A stretch of 64,000 nt of DNA, from IMG/VR virus record IMGVR_UViG_3300017605_001304, positions 1 through 64,000 of that record, one strand, 5' to 3'. The translations under genes and the position numbers were made by a program. Shown piece by piece: positions 16,657-25,641 of this stretch. Positions within the stretch are counted from its first letter, which is position 1. Every line of letters starts with the position of its first letter. Under the pieces are notes generated by a model. That model was not told where the DNA came from. It made no database searches and worked only from the letters and a program-made list of their open reading frames with translations. The DNA is from a virus.

Positions 16657-16997
16657 GGCTTAGCTCCAGGCAGGAAGCCGGCGATCGTGGTGATCAACTG
16701 CTGCGCGAGCGCCGGGTCGAGCGACGAGGACTTGATCAAGCGGACGAGGTCCTGCTCCACGTGCTGGGCATTCGTCCGGTTCACCTCAAGCTGGACGCGG
16801 ACCTTGGTGATCTCCGCGTTGCCGGGGTTCTTGGCCTCCAGCAGGTTGAGCGTGGCGGTCATGGCCGAATAGAGCTCGGCGTGCAACTGCGCCAGCGTCG
16901 CCGAGGCTTCCACCATCGCCTGCGTCTGCTCCGACGGGTGGAACAGCGTGCAGCTCGGCAGGAGCATCAGCAGCGCGCAACTCCTGAGACTTCTCAT
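16653..16997 (-). CDS. Putative lipoprotein
   Basis: MRSLRSCALLMLLPSC lipobox-like sequence, AAGGAG RBS. Confidence 0.55.
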   Translation of the reverse strand: MRSLRSCALLMLLPSCTLFHPSEQTQAMVEASATLAQLHAELYSAMTATLNLLEAKNPGNAEITKVRVQLEVNRTNAQHVEQDLVRLIKSSSLDPALAQQLITTIAGFLPGAKP

Positions 16998-17274
16998 GGA
17001 CAAGGACTCCTTGACGAGCACGAGTGAGGTGCTCCTCCACCTGTTGCCGAACCATCTCGCCGCCGAGCGCTCGCTCACTCAGAGCGGTCCAAGCTGCGAC
17101 GACCTTGAGGGCCGTCTCGATGTCGAGCACGAGATGAGAATAGATGGCGCCGTCCCCGGCGTAGCGGGTCGCCAAGAGCTGATTCCCTTGGATCCCCAAT
17201 CCAACCCAACCCGCCCTGCGGTCGAGCAGCGGGTCGACGTACGCCACCGGAATCGGGCTGTTCATTCGGGTCAC
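16786..17274 (-). CDS. Hypothetical protein whose 3' end overlaps the lipoprotein gene
   Basis: Protein-like N-terminal ~90 aa. Confidence 0.45.
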   Translation of the reverse strand: MTRMNSPIPVAYVDPLLDRRAGWVGLGIQGNQLLATRYAGDGAIYSHLVLDIETALKVVAAWTALSERALGGEMVRQQVEEHLTRARQGVLVHEKSQELRAADAPAELHAVPPVGADAGDGGSLGDAGAVARRALFGHDRHAQPAGGQEPRQRGDHQGPRPA

Positions 17275-17653
17275 CCATGAACTGCTTCACGAGGCCGTCA
17301 AGGTCTCGATGCGTCAACGAGAAGAACGTCTCGACGCTGCAGCGATCCCACGACAGGATCGAGTTACGCCAGCGGCGACGCACGTCGCGGACGAACTCGA
17401 CGAAGAGATTGCGGCGCTTGTAGTCGAGGATGCTCGACTCACGCATCGCACCGTGCAAGACAAGGTAAGCCGACGCCATGCGAGAGATCTTGGGATAGAG
17501 CTCTCGCCACCAGTGTCTCTCCCAGACGGGGTCTGGACGAAGTTGACGGATCTGAGTCGCGGTCACATCCACTGCATACAAGGCATGCAGTTCTCCATAG
17601 AGCCGAAGCGCACGTGGATCCTCACGGAGGATCTCCTGCAACGCGTCGATCAT
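17075..17653 (-). CDS. Hypothetical protein
   Basis: Directly downstream of the portal gene. Confidence 0.5.
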   Translation of the reverse strand: MIDALQEILREDPRALRLYGELHALYAVDVTATQIRQLRPDPVWERHWWRELYPKISRMASAYLVLHGAMRESSILDYKRRNLFVEFVRDVRRRWRNSILSWDRCSVETFFSLTHRDLDGLVKQFMGDPNEQPDSGGVRRPAARPQGGLGWIGDPRESALGDPLRRGRRHLFSSRARHRDGPQGRRSLDRSE

Positions 17654-17668
17654 GGGAGGTCTCCGGAA

Positions 17669-19666
17669 TCATGGCTCCAGTTCGGCCACGAACGGACAGG
17701 CATGACAGAGCATCGTCTTGGTTCCGCGATCCTCCCGAAGGACCACCACGACATCCTTCGACTTGCACGCGGGGCAAGTGCTCATGCGTTCCTCCAACTT
17801 CTGCTGCTGCGCGTACAACACCTTCTCGGCGTCGAGGTCGAACACCCGCTCCTGCTGAAACGTCGGCAGCTTGCCGTCCGCCTCGGTCAGGATCACGCGG
17901 TCCGACTGCGGCGGGGTAAGCCCAGTCGTGATCGTCTGCTCCGCCGCGTTGGGCTCGGCCTCCATGCCGGGCTCCATGCTGCCGCCGGCCGGCTCGCGGT
18001 CGAGGGCCACGTTGCGCGGAACGGTCGGTCCGCCGCCCAGGTCATCAGGACCCCCCAGCCCCGCTCCGGGGCCTTCTCCCGGCGGGCCTCCGACGTCCGC
18101 TGGCATACCGGGCATGCCCGGTTCACCGGGCGGCATGCCGGCACGGGACAGGTTCATGTACGGGACGTAGTCCGCGACCTGTGCGTCGCTGAGCTTCACG
18201 AAGTCACGCAGGACGAAGCGCGCCCATGCCTGCTTATCGAAGTCGTCCGTCGCGATGCTCAGCATGTTCTGCGCGAGCTGCACACGGTTGCTGTAGGTCT
18301 CGATCCGCTGCAACTCGTCGAGCTGCGAGATCGGCGCCATGTGCACCTCGAACATGTTCTTCTGGTCGAGCGGGTTCTTGCCCAGAAGCGCGAGGTGGAT
18401 GCGGCAAAGCTGCGTGAGGCCGTAGATCAGAGCGCGCTGCAGGCGCTTCACGCGCCGGGCATAGCGGACGTCGAGAGCGACGAGCGTCGCACGCGCGTTC
18501 AGGTCCGTCGTGTCGCCCGTCAGGAACGCCTTCGGCACGCCGAGATCGCCCGCGAGCATCGTGACGAAGTGCTCCAGGTCTCCGATGTCGTTCGCGTTCG
18601 GCGAGCCATCGAGCTTCGTGATGTCGGTCGCCTTGTCCTTGGCCACCGACATGAAGATGTCTTCGTCGACGCCGAGCGGGTTGTACTCCTGCCGGAAGAT
18701 GCCCGTGCTCGTGCTGAGGAAGGTTCGCTTGCGGTAATACTGCCGCCACGTGTTCAGCGTGCGGCGCTGCTCCTCGGTGTTCTGCGACCCCGTGTCGATC
18801 TTGAACACGAGCCGCGTCGGCGCACGATTGAGGCGATAGAGGACGATGGCATCCTGCAGCATCTTGACGATGCGCCACGTCCGGCGAGCGTCCAAGATGA
18901 GCGACATGCCGTGCGATCCCGTCCGACGACCGCCCATCAGGCGGAAGTGGATGAAGTCCCACGGCTCTGCGAACCGTCCCTCGAAGCGCTTGCGGAGCTC
19001 GTCCATCTTCAGGCGCCGAACCTCCTCGTCTTCGAGAAGTTCCGGCACGAAGCCGAGCAGCACGCCGCGCGGGTCCTCGATGCGGGTGACGTTGGCCGGG
19101 TGCGTGTAGCGCAGCCCCAGCACGCCCTCGTTCCGCGAGTAGATCACGTTCTCGAAGTTGTCGCCGAAGATCGCCGACGAGTACGCGAACGCGTAGATGC
19201 GGTCCTCGATCTGGCAGCGGTCGAGCATGGACGTCAGCATGCGCTTGACGTCGGCGCTCGGGGACTCGATCCAGACCGAGCGGCCGTGCTCGACGTCGTA
19301 CTGCGTCGCGTCTTCCGCGAAGAGACTCAGGGCCGTGGCGCACAGCCCGAACTGCGAGATCTCCTGCACGAGACGGTAGGAGGCAAGGCGAGAGTTCTCA
19401 AAGGAGAGCTGCTGCTCGTACCACGAGAGTGTCCGCCCATTCTTGAGCTGGTCGACCTCGAACGGACTAGGTTCCGCCGTTTCCGTTCGGTCGAGTCCGA
19501 ACAGACTGCGCAGTAGTTTCCGGTTCGCGAGGAAGTCCGATCCCTCCACGAACCGCCGCAGCAGGCCCGGAGGCGGTGCTGGTACGCCAAGCACTTCGCG
19601 CTGCTCCGGGCTCAGGCGCTTGAAGTCATCCGGAGTCAGGCTGGAGAACAGGGTCGGGTGGGCCAT
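17669..19666 (-). CDS. Portal protein (T4 gp20-like)
   Basis: FIHFRL...GMSLILDARRTWRIVKMLQDAIVLYRLNRAPTRLVFKIDTG...EDIF...DLGVPKAFL...DVRYARRVKRLQ. Confidence 0.9.
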   Translation of the reverse strand: MAHPTLFSSLTPDDFKRLSPEQREVLGVPAPPPGLLRRFVEGSDFLANRKLLRSLFGLDRTETAEPSPFEVDQLKNGRTLSWYEQQLSFENSRLASYRLVQEISQFGLCATALSLFAEDATQYDVEHGRSVWIESPSADVKRMLTSMLDRCQIEDRIYAFAYSSAIFGDNFENVIYSRNEGVLGLRYTHPANVTRIEDPRGVLLGFVPELLEDEEVRRLKMDELRKRFEGRFAEPWDFIHFRLMGGRRTGSHGMSLILDARRTWRIVKMLQDAIVLYRLNRAPTRLVFKIDTGSQNTEEQRRTLNTWRQYYRKRTFLSTSTGIFRQEYNPLGVDEDIFMSVAKDKATDITKLDGSPNANDIGDLEHFVTMLAGDLGVPKAFLTGDTTDLNARATLVALDVRYARRVKRLQRALIYGLTQLCRIHLALLGKNPLDQKNMFEVHMAPISQLDELQRIETYSNRVQLAQNMLSIATDDFDKQAWARFVLRDFVKLSDAQVADYVPYMNLSRAGMPPGEPGMPGMPADVGGPPGEGPGAGLGGPDDLGGGPTVPRNVALDREPAGGSMEPGMEAEPNAAEQTITTGLTPPQSDRVILTEADGKLPTFQQERVFDLDAEKVLYAQQQKLEERMSTCPACKSKDVVVVLREDRGTKTMLCHACPFVAELEP

Positions 19667-19668
19667 GT

Positions 19669-21600
19669 TCAGCGAATCCCCACAATGCGATGGTCGCCGC
19701 TCTTCTTGTCGATAATCCAACTGTGGTCCTGCGGATCGACCGGCCGCCAATCCGGCGCGGGCGCCTTGGGCGGCTCGCCCATCGGGGCGTGCAGCAGACC
19801 TTCATCGGACATGACGTGGTGACAACAGGCGGCCACGGCATCTGCAACGTCCTTGCTGCCGTGGACGGGATGGTCGATCTTGTGCGTCGAGGGGTCCTCT
19901 AGCAGGGCGAGGACCTCCTGGATGAAAGGCTCGTAACGGTAGAACTTGAAGCGGCTCTCCTGCAAAGCCTGCCGCAGGTTGTAGTAGGGGTTCGGCGTCT
20001 TATCGACCGATAGGAGTTCGACGTTGAAGCCCTGCTTCGTCAGGATCTGCGACGCGTCGATCGACTGCCAGCCGTCGAAGCTCACCAGCTTGATCGGGAA
20101 GCCATACTCCGAGAGCATCGAGATCAACTGCCGGACCTTCGAGAAGTCCACCTGACTTCCACGCGGCGGTTTGATGCGCAGCATCAGGTCGACGACGATG
20201 GTCGGCGCGAGCGCCTCGTAGCCGCTGCCGTCCTTGTTGAAGCGCTGGACGTTGAGCGCCGGGCCTGCGTGCACCATCGCGACGCCGGTCGCGTCGCGGA
20301 CGGCGCCAAGGTCAACGTGGAGGTACCGAGGCTCAGCCGGGTCGTAGCGCGGCGAGTACCGACCGCCCTGAATGGTGAGCAGGTCGGAGTGGACCAGGAA
20401 GTCCTCGACCGCGTCGTTCGTCTTGTAGTCGATGATGACGTGCTCACCCTCGAACGGGTGCTTGCGGGCCGGGTCCACAGCACGGCGGACCAGCTCCGAG
20501 TTCATGATGAACCGGTACGAGCGCTCCGACGAGATGCCTGCGAGGTCGCGGGCCGCGGCGATCGGGTCTTCCTCGAAGGCGCGGCGGACGTTCGGAGCGT
20601 CGGGCGCGTAGATGACCTGTCCCGTGAGCGGGATCTCCTCCTGCGGAAGGAGAATGCGCCCTTCCTGCATCTGGTCGCCGAGCCAGACCCGGAAGCGCTC
20701 CTTCGGGTACTTGTCGGGCTTGGCATCCCAGATCGCGTAGTCCGCGACGCGGACCGACTTGTCGTTGCGGTGCGACTTCACGTACCGCTCGATGTAGCTG
20801 TCCGTCGTCTTCTTCGAGCTGACCAGGATGATGATGCCCGGCGGCAGCGTGTACTTCTTCCCGAAGCGGGACTCAACGCGGCGGCGCACCGCCTGATGCA
20901 GGGCCTCGGCCTGTCCACGTTCCGTGGCCGTGCCGGCTTCCTTCATGAAGTCAGCCTCGTCGATCAGCACCGAGAAGAGGTTCTCGCCGATCGCCTGGAG
21001 CTCGTTGGCTCCCGTCGCGACGTAGACGTTGTGCGGGAAGATCAGGTCCTTCGTACGCTTCGGATCGGCGGGGAAGTTCTTCTTGAAGTACGCCGAGTCG
21101 CGCACCATCTCGTTCAGACCGTGGAACGAAGTCGTCGCGACCTTGTACTTGAAGAGTGAGAACATCCCGAAGGCGATCATCGAGCCTTCGGCGAGGTCAT
21201 AGAACTGCTGCGGGTTACGCAGACACGAGAGGCAGTAGAGCTTGTAGGCGATCGCGCAGTCCGCGGCGTAGGTCTTTCCGGAGCCGATCGAGCCGGTGAG
21301 GGCGAACTCGTAGACGCCCGGGGTGGTCAAGACGTAGCGCAGCTCGTCCCGCCAGACCTTGTAGAGGCTCTTGCCCTGCTTGCCGATGAAGTATTCGTTC
21401 GTGAAGAACTCGTCGGGGCTGACCGGAATGCGGAGGTAGTCCAGCAGGTACAGATCATTCAGCGTTTTCGACGGTCCGCCCTTCGCCATCTCGCTCAGGG
21501 AGGCCATTACGAGCGCTCGCTCGTCCGGACTCAAGTTCCCGAACGTCCGCTGGTGATGCGGACTCAGCTTCCCCAGTAGGGCTGTTACTTTGCTGTCCAT
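19669..21600 (-). CDS. terL: Terminase large subunit
   Basis: Walker A GSIGSGKT, Walker B LIDEAD, nuclease HVDLG..RD, SFDGWQS, DHPVHGSKDVADAV. Confidence 0.92.
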   Translation of the reverse strand: MDSKVTALLGKLSPHHQRTFGNLSPDERALVMASLSEMAKGGPSKTLNDLYLLDYLRIPVSPDEFFTNEYFIGKQGKSLYKVWRDELRYVLTTPGVYEFALTGSIGSGKTYAADCAIAYKLYCLSCLRNPQQFYDLAEGSMIAFGMFSLFKYKVATTSFHGLNEMVRDSAYFKKNFPADPKRTKDLIFPHNVYVATGANELQAIGENLFSVLIDEADFMKEAGTATERGQAEALHQAVRRRVESRFGKKYTLPPGIIILVSSKKTTDSYIERYVKSHRNDKSVRVADYAIWDAKPDKYPKERFRVWLGDQMQEGRILLPQEEIPLTGQVIYAPDAPNVRRAFEEDPIAAARDLAGISSERSYRFIMNSELVRRAVDPARKHPFEGEHVIIDYKTNDAVEDFLVHSDLLTIQGGRYSPRYDPAEPRYLHVDLGAVRDATGVAMVHAGPALNVQRFNKDGSGYEALAPTIVVDLMLRIKPPRGSQVDFSKVRQLISMLSEYGFPIKLVSFDGWQSIDASQILTKQGFNVELLSVDKTPNPYYNLRQALQESRFKFYRYEPFIQEVLALLEDPSTHKIDHPVHGSKDVADAVAACCHHVMSDEGLLHAPMGEPPKAPAPDWRPVDPQDHSWIIDKKSGDHRIVGIR

Positions 21601-22117
21601 TGGTCTGCCCCACGAACTGTGCGAGCTCCAGCATCATCGAGCGGAGCTCTTCTCGGCGCTCCGGCGTCTCGGACGAGATCGTCCGCATGCCGACGGTCAT
21701 GTCCCGGAGCTGGACTTCCACCTCCTGTACGAACTTGGTGGCGTCGTGCTCGACCATGCCCTTGATGAAGTTGAGGGCGGTCTCCATGTGCTTCTGCAAC
21801 GCGTCCCAGATCCGGATCAGCTCGTCGGTCGTCGCGCGCTTGATCCGGCCCGGCGAGAAGAGCTCGGCCTGGACGTTGTTCGCGTTCTGGAACATCGCCT
21901 GCACGGCGCGCGTGCGCTGGATCGCCATCACGTTGAGAAAGACGTCGAGCCGCTGGCTGCTGCCCTTCATCACGTCCTTCACCCGCTCCGCGAGCTCGGG
22001 TGGGAACTGGCTGTGCCACGCGACCCAGTGCGCGACGTCGGACAGGAGCTGGTCGGGGTCGGTCCCATCCGCAGCGGGGTGAACGAAAGCCAAACCAGAC
22101 GGGGACGGCTTCTTCAT
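21455..22117 (-). CDS. Helical protein, candidate terminase small subunit
   Basis: Position immediately upstream of terL only. Confidence 0.4.
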   Translation of the reverse strand: MKKPSPSGLAFVHPAADGTDPDQLLSDVAHWVAWHSQFPPELAERVKDVMKGSSQRLDVFLNVMAIQRTRAVQAMFQNANNVQAELFSPGRIKRATTDELIRIWDALQKHMETALNFIKGMVEHDATKFVQEVEVQLRDMTVGMRTISSETPERREELRSMMLELAQFVGQTNGQQSNSPTGEAESASPADVRELESGRASARNGLPERDGEGRTVENAE

Positions 22118-22527
22118 GTCTTCCTCCGGTGCATGCGTGCGACCTTCTCGATCGACGCGTGCAGTCGCCGAAAGGTCTCCATCGCGCCGGGGCCCTTCAG
22201 CCCGTACGACTCCGCCACGCGGTTCACGGCCGACGGGTCTGTGCGGTCGATGCGGCTGAGCTCGTGGTAGAGCTTCGTGTCACGCACGGCGCGCTCCAGC
22301 ACGTGGCGCGTCGGAACCTTGATGGTCAGGCCGGCGAACTGGTCGAGGAACTTGTACGCGGCCTCGTTGCCGAACGTCGAGGCGATCTCCGGAATGAGCG
22401 TGTCGGAGACGGCGTCGATCAGGATGAGCATGAACAGATCAACGTGCTTCAGGGCCCGCCGATCCAACAGGGTCGGCAAGCCTTGCGATTCATGGCGCGA
22501 AGAGACTGCCCTGCTCATCAGTCCCAT
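22114..22527 (-). CDS. Mor/C-like transcription regulator
   Basis: FLDQFAGLTIKVP...RDTKLY resembles the Mor family. Confidence 0.55.
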   Translation of the reverse strand: MGLMSRAVSSRHESQGLPTLLDRRALKHVDLFMLILIDAVSDTLIPEIASTFGNEAAYKFLDQFAGLTIKVPTRHVLERAVRDTKLYHELSRIDRTDPSAVNRVAESYGLKGPGAMETFRRLHASIEKVARMHRRKT

Positions 22528-23239
22528 CGTCGGCGTCCTCGTCCTCTTGAAGAAGAAACACCACCGGATGGCGCAGGAGGACCTCGGGGAAGTCCTCGTA
22601 CATCTCGTTCAACTGACGACGGATCGCCAGCACCGCGTAGTCGAGCAGGAAGTTGCCGCGCGGGTATTCCAGCTTGAAGCGCAGGTGAAGACGTTCCTGC
22701 GTCGGCCGTTCCCCATGGAACATGCGCTCGATGATGTAGCGGAACGCAGGTGCCTCGGCTTCCGAGATCCGTGCGCCGCAGCGCACCTCGGCCTTCCAGA
22801 TCGCCTCGGGCAGCTCCTCGACGAAGATCTTGTTCTCCGTCGCGATCGCTCCGCCGTCGCGCGGACAGGACATGTTGCGCTCGGCCATCACCCGGTCGGT
22901 GCTACCGTCCGGTAGAAACTTCTTGCTGAGATGGATGCGCCGAAAGGCGTAGGCGAAGTTGCGCAGCACGGTTCGCCAGTATCCCATCGCAAGGTTGGCG
23001 TTCTCCGTCAACGCATACCGTCGTTTCTTCAGCTTGAACCACAAGCTCGACGCCATATATGCGTCGACGTCTTCCTGATCGACCGACCACAACTGAATGT
23101 TCGTGCGACACAATCGGATCAGCGGGACAGTCGCATTGAATGCGGCTTCGAGGGTCCCAGATCCTTTCAGTAGGCGAGACTGCGCCTTCCAGGCGGCATC
23201 GCGATCGAAGCGTTGCCGGATCAGCTCGGACAGTGACAC
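22490..23239 (-). CDS. Divergent sigma-factor-like protein
   Basis: DQEDV...LWFKL...YWRTVLRNFAYAFRR resembles sigma region 2. Confidence 0.4.
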   Translation of the reverse strand: MSLSELIRQRFDRDAAWKAQSRLLKGSGTLEAAFNATVPLIRLCRTNIQLWSVDQEDVDAYMASSLWFKLKKRRYALTENANLAMGYWRTVLRNFAYAFRRIHLSKKFLPDGSTDRVMAERNMSCPRDGGAIATENKIFVEELPEAIWKAEVRCGARISEAEAPAFRYIIERMFHGERPTQERLHLRFKLEYPRGNFLLDYAVLAIRRQLNEMYEDFPEVLLRHPVVFLLQEDEDADDGTDEQGSLFAP

Positions 23240-23241
23240 CG

Positions 23242-24081
23242 TCAGGGTCTCCGCAAGAGGATCGTTCGGTCCTCCCAACTCCCCTCCACCGGTTCGTATC
23301 CAGCCAACGCGACCTTCGCCTTCTCGCGCGGGTCCTCGCCCTGGCACCAGGGGCGATAGATGTGCAGGTCCGACCAGGGCGCCTGGGTCGTATGGCCGAA
23401 GAGGAGGAGCGGCGCACGCGACGCCACCTCCTGGATGAACTTCGGGCCTGCCGCTCCGCGCTCGACGAAGTCGAGCATCACGACAAGGTCGTAGGACGGC
23501 GCCAGCGCCGGCACGGCGTTGAAGTTCGCGACGGGACACCAGCGCACGTCGAGGTAGTCCTGTCGAGCACGGTAGCGGAGCGTCTTCAGCAGGCCGGAGC
23601 TCTCCTGCTCCACCGCGGTGATCTCGTGCTCCTGCTCCGCGAACGGGTAGAGATAGGTGCCCACGCCCGCGCCGACGAGCAGGACCTTCTTGTGCAGCCC
23701 GAGACTAGCTGCAAGGCGGCGGGCGATAGTCGTTCGCGCCAGCGTCTGCGGGCGGCTCTCCTCGAAGAGGAGATGGTACATCCACGCCCGATCCTTCAGG
23801 AACTCCGGCAGAGGGGGGACGGTCCCCGCCTCGGACTTCCTCCGCCACGCATCCCACAGGTGGAGGGGGTCCTGCAGCTTCGGCTGCACGAACTCGACGG
23901 GGCGGCTTCGGTAGTGGCAGACCCACGCGATCCGATGATTGCGCATCCGCTGCGTGAAGCGCGCCAGCTCCTCCTTGTCCGTCAGGTTCGCTGCGGCGTT
24001 GGCGTCTTCGACGGGGTCGATCCGGATGGTCGAGAAGTCCTCCGCCGGCCTCTCGAACGGGATCGGCTTCGACCCGGTCAT
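23242..24081 (-). CDS. Class I SAM-dependent methyltransferase-like protein
   Basis: KVLLVGAGVG, ITAVE, YDLVVMLDFVE. Confidence 0.7.
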   Translation of the reverse strand: MTGSKPIPFERPAEDFSTIRIDPVEDANAAANLTDKEELARFTQRMRNHRIAWVCHYRSRPVEFVQPKLQDPLHLWDAWRRKSEAGTVPPLPEFLKDRAWMYHLLFEESRPQTLARTTIARRLAASLGLHKKVLLVGAGVGTYLYPFAEQEHEITAVEQESSGLLKTLRYRARQDYLDVRWCPVANFNAVPALAPSYDLVVMLDFVERGAAGPKFIQEVASRAPLLLFGHTTQAPWSDLHIYRPWCQGEDPREKAKVALAGYEPVEGSWEDRTILLRRP

Positions 24082-24424
24082 GCTCACCCCTCCCTGTGAT
24101 CGTGATCTCGCGCAAGCTCCACAGCTTCCTTTTACCGCGCTCACCAGTCTTCCGCCACGCATGCACGACGATCTTCCAGCCGGCGGCGAGGATCGTATCG
24201 AGATGCGGCGAGAGCTGGATCTTCTCGCAGCGCGCCGAGGCGCTCGATCCTGCACACGCCTGCACGCCGATCGTCTCGCCGTCGCGGATGCCGAGGATGT
24301 CGATGATTCCGAAGAGGTCTTGCCGGATCCGAGCCCACTGATTCCAGTGCTCGACGACCTGGACGAGATAGCCGCGGTCGCGCATCTCCTTCAACGACCG
24401 CGACGTCGGGCTGTTGCCCTTCAT
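23705..24424 (-). CDS. PD-(D/E)xK nuclease, Holliday-junction-resolvase-like (long 3' extension)
   Basis: RDRGYLVQVVEHWN...RQDLFGIIDILGI...VQAC. Confidence 0.7.
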   Translation of the reverse strand: MKGNSPTSRSLKEMRDRGYLVQVVEHWNQWARIRQDLFGIIDILGIRDGETIGVQACAGSSASARCEKIQLSPHLDTILAAGWKIVVHAWRKTGERGKRKLWSLREITITGRGEHDRVEADPVREAGGGLLDHPDRPRRRRQRRSEPDGQGGAGALHAADAQSSDRVGLPLPKPPRRVRAAEAAGPPPPVGCVAEEVRGGDRPPSAGVPEGSGVDVPSPLRGEPPADAGANDYRPPPCS

Positions 24425-24433
24425 GCGTCCTCC

Positions 24434-24479
24434 TAAAACAGAACACCCCGCAGAACCCATCAGGCTCTGCGGGGTGCTC
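24434..24479 (-). terminator. Rho-independent terminator
   Basis: CACCCCGCAGAGCC-loop-GGTTCTGCGGGGTG then TTCTGTTTT. Confidence 0.6.
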
Positions 24480-24503
24480 AGTCTCGATTGAACGGTCGGG
24501 GCG

Positions 24504-25097
24504 TCAGCAGCTACACGAGAAGAAGTTCTCGCGCTGGTCCTCGTCGACCTTCCGGCCAGTGACGGTCTCGAAGTGCTGCCAGAACTCGGAGGAGGTGCTG
24601 ATGCCTTCCAGCAGTCCGCCTCGAACGAGGTACTCGCCGTGGTCGAGGAATTCCTGCGCACCTTGCAGGAGGTCGACATAGCCGACGTTGAGGCCCTCGG
24701 CGTAGTCGCGGATCCACCGCTCTGCCTTCGAGCGCTCGGACAGGACGGGCGTCGGAGCAGCGGCAACCATCGGCTCGTCGGGGAAGGCGGGGTGTGTCCA
24801 AACGTGGCGCAGGCTCTTGACCTTGCGCGGGTACATCACGAACCAGAAATACTGGTTCTTCAGCACGGGTGCTTCAAGGAACGGGTCGACGATACCGAGT
24901 CCTGCACCCGGATTGGTCGAAGTCGCGATCCCGTCCTTCACCGTGATGTGATCGCCGGGGAGCAGCCGCTCGCCTGCCTTGACCGGCTCGACGGCGAGGT
25001 GAATCGCATCGCGCTTCTGCGTCTTGTCGATGATCGTACCCAGCGTCTCCAGCGCGTCCGTCGACACGGACCGCTTGTCACTGCCCTGCTCACTCAT
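24504..25097 (-). CDS. Conserved phage hypothetical protein
   Basis: RDAIHLAV...GIVDPFL...SLRHVWTHPAF. Confidence 0.7.
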   Translation of the reverse strand: MSEQGSDKRSVSTDALETLGTIIDKTQKRDAIHLAVEPVKAGERLLPGDHITVKDGIATSTNPGAGLGIVDPFLEAPVLKNQYFWFVMYPRKVKSLRHVWTHPAFPDEPMVAAAPTPVLSERSKAERWIRDYAEGLNVGYVDLLQGAQEFLDHGEYLVRGGLLEGISTSSEFWQHFETVTGRKVDEDQRENFFSCSC

Positions 25098-25300
25098 GTT
25101 GCGTCATCTCCTCGGTCTACTCTTGCGGCCTTCTCCAGGTTCCGGATCCAGGTCCCGAGGCTCAGGATAGCGAACACGCCGATGAAGTATGCACATACTA
25201 CTGGCACGCCGCCCGTCGCCGCGAGGGCGGTGAACAGGATGATCTGCACCACGGGGACGATAGACCACCTCACCCAGCTCAGCAATTCTCGCTTCGTCAT
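25094..25300 (-). CDS. Small two-TM membrane protein
   Basis: Two hydrophobic helices; ATGA coupling. Confidence 0.55.
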   Translation of the reverse strand: MTKRELLSWVRWSIVPVVQIILFTALAATGGVPVVCAYFIGVFAILSLGTWIRNLEKAARVDRGDDAT

Positions 25301-25629
25301 CGGGGTGGGAGCCTCAGCTTCTGGCCGACCGCCAAGCGGCCGGGGTCCGGGATCTCGTTGATCGCGGCGATCTCACGCCAACGTCCACCGCTGCCCAAGG
25401 TCCGCGCCGCGATCGAGTACAACGTGTCGCCCGGCGCAACGCAGTAGGCAGACGTCGCTTCTGTCTCCGTCATGCCCGGCGGCGTCGACGGGATCCTCGG
25501 CACGTAGGAGTGGTACCCCCACGCATAGCCAAGCGCAGACGCGATCGAGACGCACATGAAGAACGCCCATGCGTCCTTCAACAGGAACGCGAACAGATTC
25601 TCGCGCCGGGCCTGGGTCGTCATCTCCAT
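25297..25629 (-). CDS. Membrane-anchored LysM protein
   Basis: TM helix then YCVAPGDTLYSIA...WREIAAIN.I.DP..L.VGQKLRLP. Confidence 0.85.
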   Translation of the reverse strand: MEMTTQARRENLFAFLLKDAWAFFMCVSIASALGYAWGYHSYVPRIPSTPPGMTETEATSAYCVAPGDTLYSIAARTLGSGGRWREIAAINEIPDPGRLAVGQKLRLPPR

Positions 25630-25641
25630 CGCGATCCCCCA

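Noticed and set aside
16653-17274. Rz/Rz1-like embedded spanin pair
   Set aside because: The outer ORF has no N-terminal TM helix and no endolysin or holin is adjacent
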